Assembly (NCBI GenBank): GCA_044225505.1
Contig: JBGAIN010000072.1
Coordinates: 1-42,305 of the forward strand
DNA from: Limisphaerales bacterium
GTDB lineage: Bacteria; Verrucomicrobiota; Verrucomicrobiia; Limisphaerales; SIBE01
Reading direction: 5' to 3'
DNA length: 42,305 nt
Shown: positions 8,654 through 18,580 of the stretch, in pieces
Numbering within the stretch: the stretch's first letter is position 1
Layout of the letters: every line of letters starts with the position of its first letter
The notes under the pieces: generated by a model
The model's input: the letters and a program-made list of their open reading frames with translations, nothing else
What the model was told of the DNA's origin: nothing
Database searches by the model: none
Position numbers and translations under genes: made by a program

Positions 8654-10843
8654 ATGAACTCTCTCGTCCCGCTCAAGGCGCTCGCAGAGAAGGTCGCCAC
8701 CGAACTTGTCTTTGCGCATTCCGATTCTGATTCGGGACTTCTGCCGGTCAACAGTTTGCTTCAAGAAATGGAGCAGCTTATCGCAGAAGATCCTGCCGCG
8801 AGTGGCCTATTAGAAGCGGCGACGCAGGCCCGTCGTTGTGTCGATGCGGTTCTCGAAAGTACGGGCACCTTTAGCGCCAGCAGCCTTCGCTGGCTGAATG
8901 AATGGATCGCGTGGTGGCAAACGGCGTTGGCCGCTTTGGCGACAAGCACAGCTCTTTCACCGTTCACGCTCTCGTGGCCAACTTCTGGAAGTTCTGGAAC
9001 AACTCCCGAATCCGCTTCAGTGCCTTCGGCTCCACCGCCCGCGGGCGATTCTCCCGTCGCCGGGGAACCCTCCATTGTTCTCCATCTGGACGCGGACCGG
9101 GAATTACTCAACGAGTTCATCCAGGAAGCCAACGAGCATCTCCAGCGCATCGAACAGGAAGTGTTGGTTCTGGAAGAAAATCCCGGCGCTCCCGACACGC
9201 TCAATGCCATCTTCCGCGCGTTCCATACGGTCAAAGGAGGATCTGGTTTCCTGAATCTGACGGTGGTTCAGAACTTAGCCCATGATTTAGAGTCGCTCCT
9301 CGATCTCGCACGCCAGCACAAGCTTCCCGTCACGCCAGCGATTATCACGATCATTCTGGAAGGCGGTGATGCGCTCAAACAGTTCACGCGGGAGATCGGA
9401 CTTCATCTGGCTGGCCAAAAGGCTCCCGGGCCTATCGTCGTTCCCGTGCTGGACCTGGCCAGACGGATTCGCACCGTCTTAGAGGCGAACAACGGCACGA
9501 GCGCCCCAGCTCCAATCCCGGTCCCCAGCACGCCGCAAACCGCGTTCACACTCCCTCCTCTAGAGGGAGCCAAACCGACGCCGCCGACGCCCACGACCGA
9601 GCTGGACCGGAAGGAGAATGGCCCGGGCAAACGCGCGGCCGCAACAGCCAACCAAGAAGGCCTGGCGACCACCGTCAAAGTCGATACGAACAAGCTCGAT
9701 AGCCTGGTGGATCTCGTCGGGGAAATGGTGATTGCCCAATCGCTCGTCGTGCAAAACCGGGACGTTAACACCCTGGCGAATGAGCAGTTGGTGCGCGACC
9801 TGGCCCAACTACGCCGCATTACCAAGGATCTGCAGCGCACGGCGATGTCACTGCGCATGGTTCCCATCCGAACCACATTCCAAAAGATGCACCGCCTCAT
9901 CCGAGACGTATCCGCCAAGGTTGGCAAACGCATCCAACTCGTTACCGAAGGCGAAGAAACCGAACTAGATCGCACGATCGTGGAAGAAATCAGTGATCCC
10001 TTGGTACACATGGTCCGAAACTCAGTCGATCATGGCATTGAGAAACCCGAGACTCGCGAACAGAAAGGCAAACCGGACCTGGGGACGATTTCGCTGCGAG
10101 CGTTTCATCAGGGAGGCAATATCGTCATCGAAGTAAAAGATGACGGAGCGGGCTTGGACCGAGAACGGATCCGCGCCAAAGCCATCGAAAAGGGCCTCGT
10201 GCAGCCGACGGAAACGCTCTCCGAAGCGCAGATTTTCGACTTCATTCTCGCCCCCGGATTTTCCACTGCGGAAAAAGTGACGGAGCTTTCGGGTCGCGGG
10301 GTTGGCATGGATGTGGTCCGTCGGAACATCGAGAAACTTCGCGGCAAGATCGAGATTCAATCGACGCCTGGGCACGGGACAACGTTCCGCGTCTTCCTAC
10401 CTCTCACGCTCGCAATCATTGATGGTTTGGTGGTAAGCGTCGGCAGCGCATGTTACATTGTCCCCACCCTCCTCGTACGCGAATCGTTCCGTCCCTCCGC
10501 CGACATGATCAATACGGTACAGGGCCGCGGTGAAATGGTGAATGTGCGGGGACGATTGCGGCCGTTGCTGCGGCTTTACCAACATTTAAATATTGAACCG
10601 GCCTCCACCGACCCGACTCAGTCCATCGTGCTCGTTCTCGAAGCGGGAGCGGACGCCCGTTGCGTCTTGGTAGATCGTCTGCTAGGGAAACAGGAAGTTG
10701 TTATTAAGAGTCTTGGAGAAACCTTCCGGCAGAGCCGCTATTTGGCAGGCGCAGCGATTCTGGGAGATGGGCGCGTCGGTCTAATTCTGGATCCGCAAGC
10801 CCTCGTTCATTTAGACGGGTCCTCCTTTGAGGAGGCCGCCTGA
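8654..10843 (+). CDS. cheA: Chemotaxis histidine kinase CheA with N-terminal helical extension
   Basis: Hpt IFRAFHTVKGGSG, VKVDTNKLDSLVDLVGEMVI, HMVRNSVDHGIE, DDGAG, PGFSTA, SGRGVGMDVV, and C-terminal CheW-like GAAILGDGRVGLILD. ATG at 8654. Confidence 0.96.
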   Translation: MNSLVPLKALAEKVATELVFAHSDSDSGLLPVNSLLQEMEQLIAEDPAASGLLEAATQARRCVDAVLESTGTFSASSLRWLNEWIAWWQTALAALATSTALSPFTLSWPTSGSSGTTPESASVPSAPPPAGDSPVAGEPSIVLHLDADRELLNEFIQEANEHLQRIEQEVLVLEENPGAPDTLNAIFRAFHTVKGGSGFLNLTVVQNLAHDLESLLDLARQHKLPVTPAIITIILEGGDALKQFTREIGLHLAGQKAPGPIVVPVLDLARRIRTVLEANNGTSAPAPIPVPSTPQTAFTLPPLEGAKPTPPTPTTELDRKENGPGKRAAATANQEGLATTVKVDTNKLDSLVDLVGEMVIAQSLVVQNRDVNTLANEQLVRDLAQLRRITKDLQRTAMSLRMVPIRTTFQKMHRLIRDVSAKVGKRIQLVTEGEETELDRTIVEEISDPLVHMVRNSVDHGIEKPETREQKGKPDLGTISLRAFHQGGNIVIEVKDDGAGLDRERIRAKAIEKGLVQPTETLSEAQIFDFILAPGFSTAEKVTELSGRGVGMDVVRRNIEKLRGKIEIQSTPGHGTTFRVFLPLTLAIIDGLVVSVGSACYIVPTLLVRESFRPSADMINTVQGRGEMVNVRGRLRPLLRLYQHLNIEPASTDPTQSIVLVLEAGADARCVLVDRLLGKQEVVIKSLGETFRQSRYLAGAAILGDGRVGLILDPQALVHLDGSSFEEAA

Positions 10844-10862
10844 ACGCCTCCCTCCCGAGTTT

Positions 10863-11690
10863 ATGAGAACAGCACTCTCCGAGTCTGATTCTTACCAGTT
10901 CATCATCGATCTCGTTTACGATCGCTCTGGGATCCGGTTGCATGGAGGCAAGGAAGCCTTGATCAAGGCGAGGCTTGGCAAGCGGATGCGCCATCTCGGT
11001 TTTGAGCACCTGAAAGACTACTGCGAGTTTGTACAGACGTCCGAGGGGGACGCCGAGATTCAGCGCGTGATCGAAGCGTTAACCACGCACTTCACGACGT
11101 TCCTCCGGGAAGAATCTCACTTCCATTTCCTGGTCGACCAAGCACTCCCAGCTTTGCTCCCACCTGGGGTCAAGCGATTCCACATATGGAGCGCGGCTTG
11201 CGCTTCTGGCGAAGAACCCTATACGCTCGCGCTCTTTCTTGCGGAGTACTTCCCCCCGGCCCAGGGTTGGGATTGGTCGATCACCGCATCGGACATTTCC
11301 ACACAAGTGCTCACCCAAGCCAAAGCTGGGATCTATACGGAGGAACGAGTCCGAACTGTCCCTCCGGCTTGGTTGCGCAAATATTTCCAGCGTGGAGTGG
11401 GCCAATGGGAAGGCCACTACCGCGTGAAGCGCAGTATCGCCGAGCGCGTGCAATTCCGTGAAATCAATCTGATCTCCGATTACAGCCACCCACAATCGTT
11501 CGAAGCTATCCTCTGCCGTAACATGATGATCTACTTGGATCGTCCCACCCCGACGCGATTTTTGCAGAAACTGTGCACGTTTCGGCAACCGACAGGATAT
11601 CTGCTGATTGGCCATTCGGAAAGCTTAAGCGGCTTGAACCTGCCGATGCGGTGCCTGGGTCCGAGCGTTTATCAAAAAGGACCGCGCTGA
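10863..11690 (+). CDS. cheR: Chemotaxis protein-glutamate methyltransferase CheR
   Basis: LTTHFTTFLRE, IWSAACASGEEPYTLA, ASDIS, CRNMMIY, IGHSESL. Confidence 0.95.
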   Translation: MRTALSESDSYQFIIDLVYDRSGIRLHGGKEALIKARLGKRMRHLGFEHLKDYCEFVQTSEGDAEIQRVIEALTTHFTTFLREESHFHFLVDQALPALLPPGVKRFHIWSAACASGEEPYTLALFLAEYFPPAQGWDWSITASDISTQVLTQAKAGIYTEERVRTVPPAWLRKYFQRGVGQWEGHYRVKRSIAERVQFREINLISDYSHPQSFEAILCRNMMIYLDRPTPTRFLQKLCTFRQPTGYLLIGHSESLSGLNLPMRCLGPSVYQKGPR

Positions 11691-11691
11691 A

Positions 11692-12222
11692 ATGCCGTCA
11701 CCTTCGCTCAACAGCTTCGCCGGTTTTGAACGACGGCTCGTGGTCGATGTCGGCGGTCTCGCCGTCGCCAACAATCAGACGGTCACCTTAACCACCTATT
11801 CTCTCGGTTCGTGCCTCGGGGTCACCATTTACGATCCGATTGCCCGCGCAGGCGGTCTCCTCCACGCGATGCTTCCGGATTCTTCCATCAATCCGCAAAA
11901 AGCGGCGACCCAGCCGGCCATGTTCGTAGATACGGGCGTCGCCGCCTTATTTCGCGCCGCGTATGAATTAAAGGCTCAAAAGCACCGCGTCCAGATCTGT
12001 GTGGCTGGGGGTGCGCAGTTTTTGGATGACAACGGCGTTTTTAACATCGGCCAACGGAATCTGCAGCGCCTCACGGACTTGCTGCAAGCCCACGGTCTAA
12101 GCGTGCAGGCCGCACAGGTCGGGGGTTTGGTAAGCCGGACCATGTACCTAAATGTCAGCAGCGGAGAAGTCCGGCTGAAGATTTCGGGACAAGCGAGCGA
12201 AACCATTCTCTTCAAGGGATGA
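11692..12222 (+). CDS. cheD: Chemoreceptor glutamine deamidase CheD
   Basis: TYSLGSCLGV, GGLLHAMLP, VAGGA, IGQRN, VGGLVSRT. Confidence 0.93.
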   Translation: MPSPSLNSFAGFERRLVVDVGGLAVANNQTVTLTTYSLGSCLGVTIYDPIARAGGLLHAMLPDSSINPQKAATQPAMFVDTGVAALFRAAYELKAQKHRVQICVAGGAQFLDDNGVFNIGQRNLQRLTDLLQAHGLSVQAAQVGGLVSRTMYLNVSSGEVRLKISGQASETILFKG

Positions 12223-13076
12223 CTATGCCGTCGCTCGACCAATATATCGCTCAGGTCAAAAGCTTGCCACCGGCTCCCCGGATTTTACCGCAATTGCTAG
12301 AGCTTCTAGGCGTAGAGAATGTCCCTACCGAGCGCATCGTTGAGCTGGTTACGTTTGACCCGGCCCTGACTGCGCGTGTCCTGCACCGCTGCAACGCTGC
12401 CGCTTTTGGCTCGGACCGCGCCGTGCACGATTTATCCGAGGCGGTTCCGCGCCTGGGCTACAATGAAGTCTATCGCCTGGTCGCAGCGGTGGTCGGTGAG
12501 AGTGTCCTCGGCGGGTCGCAGCCCGGATATGGAATTGGCACTGGCGAACTGTGGCAGCATTCCGTAGCAGCGGCGGTGGCCGCGCGGCAACTGGCGCAAC
12601 GGCGCGACGCCGACGAAAACCTCGTTTTCACGGCCGCGCTGCTCCACGATGTGGGCAAGCTCGTCCTCAGCGGTTACCTCGCGGATTCCTATGCCTCCAT
12701 CGTTACCCAAACTGAGAACTCAGGCCGGTCTTTTCAGGAAGTCGAACAGTCCCTTTTAGGAACGGATCACGCCGAAGTAGGAGCTAAACTCCTGGAGCAA
12801 TGGCATTTCCCAGATAAATTGGTGCTCGCGGTCCGCCACCACCACGACCCAATCCAAGCACGCCCGTTTGAACAGCTGGCAGCTTATGTCTACACGGGCG
12901 ATATCATCGCGCATCTTGTCGGGCATGGGCATGGCCATCAAGCCTACGCCCTCCGCGTCCGAGGCGAGATCCTCGACTGGCTGAAGTTGGATCCCAAACA
13001 CATTGAGTCTTGCGTCCTCGAAACTGGGATGGCCTTAGGCGAAATCCCTTGGTTCTCACCAGCAAAGGCCCTATGA
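12219..13076 (+). CDS. HDOD domain protein
   Basis: LPPAP, DPALTARVLHRCN, LWQHSVAAA, AALLHDVGKLVL, DHAEVGAKLLEQWHFP, VRHHHDP. Confidence 0.92.
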   Translation: MTMPSLDQYIAQVKSLPPAPRILPQLLELLGVENVPTERIVELVTFDPALTARVLHRCNAAAFGSDRAVHDLSEAVPRLGYNEVYRLVAAVVGESVLGGSQPGYGIGTGELWQHSVAAAVAARQLAQRRDADENLVFTAALLHDVGKLVLSGYLADSYASIVTQTENSGRSFQEVEQSLLGTDHAEVGAKLLEQWHFPDKLVLAVRHHHDPIQARPFEQLAAYVYTGDIIAHLVGHGHGHQAYALRVRGEILDWLKLDPKHIESCVLETGMALGEIPWFSPAKAL

Positions 13077-14173
13077 GTGCGAAACCGATCCGCCTCTTGG
13101 TCGTGGACGACTCTGCCATGGCTCGTCGCATGATCCAGGCTAGCTTATCGGCGTGCCCCGAGATCGACATTGTGGGTTTCGCCGCTGATCCCTACGCCGC
13201 GCGCGACCTGATCCTGGAGTTGGCTCCTGACGTGATCACGCTGGACATCGAAATGCCGCGAATGGACGGAATCACGTTTTTGAAGCTTCTGATGAAGAGC
13301 CGGCCCATGCCAGTCATCATCATGAGCTCTTTAACGCCCGCCGGTTCTGTCAAAGCACTGGAAGCCCTCCACGCTGGTGCTGTCGACGTGCTCGACAAAC
13401 TGAGCGGTTCCAGCTCTGGTCCAGCGCGCGGCCGGTTACTCGCTGAAAAAATCAAAGCGGCAGCGGGCGCACGTTTCCGCCAACCTGTTCCATCCCCCGC
13501 TCCAAGGCCAGCGAGTCATGCGCCCGCTCGAACTTCCTCTCCTATTCCAGAACGCGTGCACCGCCGGTGCCAGTTGATTTTGCTCGGAGCTTCGACCGGA
13601 GGCACCGAGGCACTCAGTCATGTGCTAAGCGCCATGTCCGCCGACGCTCCTGGGATCTGCGTTGTCCAACATATTCCAGGCTATTTCTCCAAAGCGTTCG
13701 CGGAGCGCCTGAATCACCTTTGCGCGATCGAAGTTCGAGAAGCTCAGCCTGGAGACATCGTCGCGCGCGGACTGGCGCTCATTGCGCCGGGCGGTTTACA
13801 CATGCTGCTGCGCCGCCGTGGCCTGCAACTAGTCGTCGAATTGAACGAAGGTCCGTTAGTCCATTTTCAACGCCCCGCCGTCGATATTCTGTTTCAATCG
13901 GCCGTCAAAGCAGGCGCTGGCGCCGACACAGCAGCCGCCCTTTTAACTGGGATGGGCGCAGACGGCGCGGCTGGCCTATCGCAACTGCATCAAGCGGGAG
14001 CTCTCACCGTTGCCCAAAACGAGGAAACTTGTGTGGTCTTTGGAATGCCCAGAGAAGCCATTCGTATGGGCGCCGCCGAGCACATCCTTCCTTTGGACGA
14101 AATCGGCCCTTTTCTCAACCAGCTGAAAGGAACGGCGATCGCCCACGCCATAAATTATGACCAGTCAAATTGA
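13073..14173 (+). CDS. cheB: Chemotaxis response regulator protein-glutamate methylesterase CheB
   Basis: REC (VVDDSA, TLDIEMPRMDG) plus GASTGG, VQHIP, RPAVDILF, LTGMGADGA, VFGMP. The ATG overlaps the HDOD stop. Confidence 0.96.
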   Translation: MSAKPIRLLVVDDSAMARRMIQASLSACPEIDIVGFAADPYAARDLILELAPDVITLDIEMPRMDGITFLKLLMKSRPMPVIIMSSLTPAGSVKALEALHAGAVDVLDKLSGSSSGPARGRLLAEKIKAAAGARFRQPVPSPAPRPASHAPARTSSPIPERVHRRCQLILLGASTGGTEALSHVLSAMSADAPGICVVQHIPGYFSKAFAERLNHLCAIEVREAQPGDIVARGLALIAPGGLHMLLRRRGLQLVVELNEGPLVHFQRPAVDILFQSAVKAGAGADTAAALLTGMGADGAAGLSQLHQAGALTVAQNEETCVVFGMPREAIRMGAAEHILPLDEIGPFLNQLKGTAIAHAINYDQSN

Positions 14174-14642
14174 ATCAATGGAAGACCTGACCCGGAAGGC
14201 AGTGCAAGAGGTATTCCAAAGCATGGTCTCAATCGACTTAACCCCGAACGCCGCCTCCGATGCCGGGCTCTGTTCCGGCGGACAGATTGCTGGGTCCGTC
14301 GGTTTTATTGGTGAAGCGAATGGCATTATTTACATCTATGCGGCCGTGGAGTTCGCCCATGGTCTCACGGCGAGAATGTTAGGAATCTCTGAGGTGGAAG
14401 TTGAAGGCGAAGAGATGGTTAATGATGCCATGGGCGAACTGTGCAATATGGTCGGAGGCTACGTTAAATCTCGCCTGTGCGATGCGGGCCATTCTTGCAC
14501 TCTCAGCATTCCGTCGATCGTCCGCGGGCAGCAACTCAGCATTGAGGGCGTCACCCAGGTCTCGCGACGGGTCATAAGTTTCGCACACGGATCGCACCGT
14601 CTTTTGGTCGAGTTATTAGTCAAAGAAACGGCTGAAGAATGA
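14157..14642 (+). CDS. cheX: CheX-family phosphatase
   Basis: GSVGFIGEANG, DAMGELCNMVGG (E-x2-N motif), LSIPSIVRG. Confidence 0.9.
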   Translation: MTSQIESMEDLTRKAVQEVFQSMVSIDLTPNAASDAGLCSGGQIAGSVGFIGEANGIIYIYAAVEFAHGLTARMLGISEVEVEGEEMVNDAMGELCNMVGGYVKSRLCDAGHSCTLSIPSIVRGQQLSIEGVTQVSRRVISFAHGSHRLLVELLVKETAEE

Positions 14643-15766
14643 GCACCAAAATCCTGACGATCGACGACAGCAAGACGATTCGTCTGATCGTAGCTCGGGC
14701 GTTCAAGCCCTTCAATTGCACTGTGCTGGAAGCCGCCAACGGAGTCGTTGGCCTATCGGTAGCCACGCGCGAAAAACCGGACCTGATTCTGTTGGACTAC
14801 ACCATGCCGGTAATGGACGGTTACGAAGTCCTGGCGCGCCTTCGTTCGGATCCAGACCTGAAAAGCACCCCGGTCATCATGCTCACCGCCGAAGCGGGTC
14901 GGGAAACGGTCGTCAAAATCGCTAAGCTAAGTGTCCGCGATTATTTGATTAAACCTTTCAAAGAAGACCTGCTCGTAGAACGGGCCAGCCGCGTGATCTC
15001 CTTGAAGCCAAAATCCGACGATGGTGAAAAGCGGAAACGCTACGATGACCCTATCCACCTCTTGATCGTCGATGACAAACCGGCCATCTCCGCACAGATT
15101 CGTGATGGTTTGGCGGACACGAATTGGAAATTGAGCTGTGCTGAAGAATTGGGACAAGCCCTGGATATCTGCACCAAGACCGCGGTCGATCTCGTTCTCG
15201 TGAGTCACTCCTTGCCTAAAGACGGCGCTTACATGCTGTTTCAAAACCTGCGCAGCGTTGCCAACTCGGCGGCTATCCCTGTCTTTGCCCTCTGCGTCAA
15301 AACGGCGGTGGCGGATCAAACCCGCGCGCAGCAAGCAGGATTCTCAGGCATCATCACGAAACCGATCGATCCGTCCGACCTGAAGAGCAAAGTTTGCCGC
15401 GCGCTCGGGTTGGAAACATCTTACCGTTACTTCCAGGAACGGGGCAACGCCTTGGTGTTGTCTATGCCCAAAGAGATCTCTCCGCATGTCGCCCACGAGA
15501 TTACCTCCTCGTTGCACGGACGCCTCACTGGAATTGTCGATGCCGGCGGCGATAAACTCATTGTCGATCTTAAACAAATGGAGACCGCTAATCTGCAGGT
15601 TATCAACCTGGTCCTTTCCGCCGCGCAGGCGTGCAGCAAACTCTCTTTGAAATACGCTGTGGTCGCCAGCGACACGGTAAAAGCCGAATGCCGAACCTGT
15701 GAGGAAACTCACGTGTGGCCGTTCGCAAAGACCGTTGAGGAAGCGGAAAGCGTTCTCGCCAAGTAA
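14639..15766 (+). CDS. Response regulator: REC + pseudo-REC + STAS-like domain
   Basis: REC1 is intact (TIDDS, LLDYTMP, MLTAE, IKP). REC2 has Ser at the phosphoacceptor position (LVLVSHSLP). C-terminal STAS-like KLIVDLKQM...FAKTVEEA. Confidence 0.82.
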   Translation: MSTKILTIDDSKTIRLIVARAFKPFNCTVLEAANGVVGLSVATREKPDLILLDYTMPVMDGYEVLARLRSDPDLKSTPVIMLTAEAGRETVVKIAKLSVRDYLIKPFKEDLLVERASRVISLKPKSDDGEKRKRYDDPIHLLIVDDKPAISAQIRDGLADTNWKLSCAEELGQALDICTKTAVDLVLVSHSLPKDGAYMLFQNLRSVANSAAIPVFALCVKTAVADQTRAQQAGFSGIITKPIDPSDLKSKVCRALGLETSYRYFQERGNALVLSMPKEISPHVAHEITSSLHGRLTGIVDAGGDKLIVDLKQMETANLQVINLVLSAAQACSKLSLKYAVVASDTVKAECRTCEETHVWPFAKTVEEAESVLAK

Positions 15767-15886
15767 CTCCAGGGAGTTCCCGGAAGCCACCATCAGCCTC
15801 TGGGTTTTCCGCCACCCCGTCACCCGGAGAGAACAGCCGAAGGTTTGGAATGGCCAGAGGATCACGCCTTGCTTTAGGTTGGCCTG

Positions 15887-16642
15887 GTGCAGAATCCTAT
15901 CATCGTGGCGTTGGACGTGTCGGACACGGCGAAAGCGTCCGCACTGATTGAGCGTTTGAGCGGGGTTGTGGGCGCCTTCAAAGTCGGCAGCGAACTCTTC
16001 ACCGTGGGAGGCCCCGCGGTGGTGCGCGAGATTCGCGCCACGGGTGCATCCGTGTTTCTCGATCTGAAGTTTCACGATATTCCGAACACGGTCGCAAAAG
16101 CGGTTGCCGCTGCGGTGCAGCTGGATGTTCAGATGCTCACTGTTCACACGAGCGGCGGTTCGGAAATGTTGCGGGCAGCGATGGACTCTGCCGAGAAATC
16201 GGCCCAGGCCCTCGGTCTCACCCCGCCGCTTGTGCTAGGGGTTACGATACTTACCAGCCTCGACAGCAATGAACTCAGCGCCATTGGTTTCCAAGCGAAC
16301 GCCGCCCGCCAGGTGGAGCGCCTTGCTAGCCTGTCCGTCAAAGCAGGCCTCACTGGCTTGGTTTGTTCGCCGCTTGAAGTCGTGGCCCTTCGGCAGTTGC
16401 TTCCGTCCAAGATGAAGCTGGTGACTCCAGGAATTCGAGGACCCAATGACGCTTCTGGAGATCAGAAGCGAACGCTCAGCCCCACAGAAGCGATCGCCGC
16501 TGGAGCCGATTGGCTTGTGATTGGCCGGCCTATCTGCGCCGCGCCAGACCCAGCGGCAGCGGCCGCTGCGATCTTAAAGTCACTGGAAGATGGAAAACGG
16601 CCCGAGTTAGACAATGCTCCCCCAAGCCGGTTCCGGCTTTGA
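15887..16642 (+). CDS. pyrF: Orotidine-5'-phosphate decarboxylase
   Basis: IIVALD, FLDLKFHDIPNTV, VTILTS, VTPGIR, DQKR, LVIGRPI. Confidence 0.96.
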   Translation: MQNPIIVALDVSDTAKASALIERLSGVVGAFKVGSELFTVGGPAVVREIRATGASVFLDLKFHDIPNTVAKAVAAAVQLDVQMLTVHTSGGSEMLRAAMDSAEKSAQALGLTPPLVLGVTILTSLDSNELSAIGFQANAARQVERLASLSVKAGLTGLVCSPLEVVALRQLLPSKMKLVTPGIRGPNDASGDQKRTLSPTEAIAAGADWLVIGRPICAAPDPAAAAAAILKSLEDGKRPELDNAPPSRFRL

Positions 16643-16788
16643 GCAAGGTCAAGAAACACCGCGGAAGTCGGTGAACACCTCTTGCTCCGGTGGCTCCCTC
16701 TTGTTAGCCTCGCCGCCCAATTAGGGCTGGCGCAAAGGGGGAGTCGGCAGCGCCTGCCAAGTGCGTTTGCACCTTGAAATAACGTGTT

Positions 16789-18567
16789 ATGACGTCGAAT
16801 GAGAAGCTAGGCCAACGGAACTGTTTCAACACCGCGGTGATCAGCTGGGTCGAAGAGATGGCCACGCTTTGTGAGCCGGACAACATCTTCTGGTGCAACG
16901 GGTCGGCAACAGAACGAGGATGGTTGACAAGCCAGTCTGTCAAGAACGGCACGCTCGTTGAGCTAAACCAAACCAAACTACCCGGGTGTTACTATCACCG
17001 GTCAAATCCAAATGATGTGGCCCGGGTCGAACAGTGCACGTTCATCTGTACGGAGAGTAAAGAGGAGGCAGGGCCGACCAACAACTGGGCGCCTCCCAAG
17101 GAGATGTACCAGCGGCTCTACGGATTGTTTCGAGGATCCATGCGTGGAAGGTCCATGTATGTCGTCCCCTACCTCATGGGGCCGCCCGGTTCTCCGATGG
17201 CGAAGGTGGGCATCGAACTGACTGATTCCGCTTACGTCGTCCTGAACATGGGAATCATGACTCGAATGGGTGATGTCGCCCTTAAACAGCTCGGCGACAG
17301 CAACGATTTCAATCGAGGGCTGCACTCCATGCTTGATGTGAACCCGGATCGCCGTCTCATTTGCCATTTCCCTCAAGATAACGCCATTTTTTCCATCGGT
17401 TCCGCTTACGGTGGCAATGTGCTCTTAGGGAAGAAGTGTCTGGCGCTGCGCATTGGATCCGACCTGGGCCGTAATGAGGGCTGGATGGCTGAGCACATGC
17501 TAATCCTGGGTGTCGAATCTCCCCAAGGAGAGAAAACCTACGTAGCCGCAGCTTTTCCGAGCGCGTGCGGAAAGACCAACTTCGCGATGCTCATTCCCCC
17601 GGCGCATTACAAAGGTTGGAAGATTTGGACGGTTGGAGATGACATTGCCTGGATGAAGCCTGGCGCGGATGGTCGGCTCTATGCGATTAACCCGGAAGCT
17701 GGCTATTTTGGCGTCGTGCCCGGCACGAACCGGAAGACAAATCCTAACGCCGTCACCACCATTTCACGAGACACCCTGTTTACCAACGTCGCTCTCCTGC
17801 CCGATGGCGACGTCTGGTGGGAGGGTAAAGACGGCCCGATCCCAACCGAATGCCTGGACTGGAAAGGGAAGCGTTGGACCCCTGAATCCAAAGAGAAAGC
17901 GGCGCATCCAAATAGTCGGTTCACTGCGCCGATGGCGAACAACCCCGCGTTGGCGCCAGAAGTTAATGACGCGGGCGGCGTGCCGATCAGCGCGATCGTC
18001 TTTGGCGGGCGACGGGCAACGACCATGCCTCTCGTTTTACAGGCATACGACTGGGGGCACGGCGTCTATATCGGTGCGACCATGGGTTCCGAGATGACCG
18101 CCGCCGCCATCGGCGGGGCCGGGCAACTACGGCGCGATCCCATGGCCATGCTTCCCTTCTGCGGCTATAACATGGGCGACTATTTCCGGCATTGGCTGAA
18201 CATGCGCAAGCTGATCTCGCATCCGCCCGCCATATTCCATGTCAACTGGTTCCGCAAAGATGACACCGGCAATTTTCTCTGGCCGGGCTTCGGCGAAAAC
18301 ATGCGAGTTCTGAAGTGGATTATCGACCGGTGCCGAGGCCGAGTCGGAGCGCAAGAAAGCCCCTTAGGCTGGGTGCCCTTGGTCAAGGACTTTGACCTTG
18401 AAGGATTGAGCGGTTTTGGACCGGCCGAGTTCGAGAAAGTCCAACGGATCGATTCGGAAGAATGGAAGAAAGAAGTCCTGTCTCAGGAAGAACTTTTTAT
18501 CAACCTGCACTCCACCTTGCCAAAGGAACTTCTTTTCCAGAAGGAATTACTCGTCTCGCGCCTTTAA
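16789..18567 (+). CDS. pckG: Phosphoenolpyruvate carboxykinase (GTP)
   Basis: DVARVE, YGGNVLLGKKCLALR, AEHMLI, FPSACGKTN, VGDDIAW, HPNSRF, DPMAMLPFCGYN, WPGFGENMRVL. Confidence 0.97.
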   Translation: MTSNEKLGQRNCFNTAVISWVEEMATLCEPDNIFWCNGSATERGWLTSQSVKNGTLVELNQTKLPGCYYHRSNPNDVARVEQCTFICTESKEEAGPTNNWAPPKEMYQRLYGLFRGSMRGRSMYVVPYLMGPPGSPMAKVGIELTDSAYVVLNMGIMTRMGDVALKQLGDSNDFNRGLHSMLDVNPDRRLICHFPQDNAIFSIGSAYGGNVLLGKKCLALRIGSDLGRNEGWMAEHMLILGVESPQGEKTYVAAAFPSACGKTNFAMLIPPAHYKGWKIWTVGDDIAWMKPGADGRLYAINPEAGYFGVVPGTNRKTNPNAVTTISRDTLFTNVALLPDGDVWWEGKDGPIPTECLDWKGKRWTPESKEKAAHPNSRFTAPMANNPALAPEVNDAGGVPISAIVFGGRRATTMPLVLQAYDWGHGVYIGATMGSEMTAAAIGGAGQLRRDPMAMLPFCGYNMGDYFRHWLNMRKLISHPPAIFHVNWFRKDDTGNFLWPGFGENMRVLKWIIDRCRGRVGAQESPLGWVPLVKDFDLEGLSGFGPAEFEKVQRIDSEEWKKEVLSQEELFINLHSTLPKELLFQKELLVSRL

Positions 18568-18580
18568 GTGGGCTTAGCGC

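Noticed and set aside
6739..18567. A CO2-themed supercluster (carbonic anhydrase, pyrF decarboxylase, PEP carboxykinase)
   Set aside because: pyrF and pckG are ordinary housekeeping genes with no sigma-28 motif seen upstream. Their adjacency is most simply coincidental.
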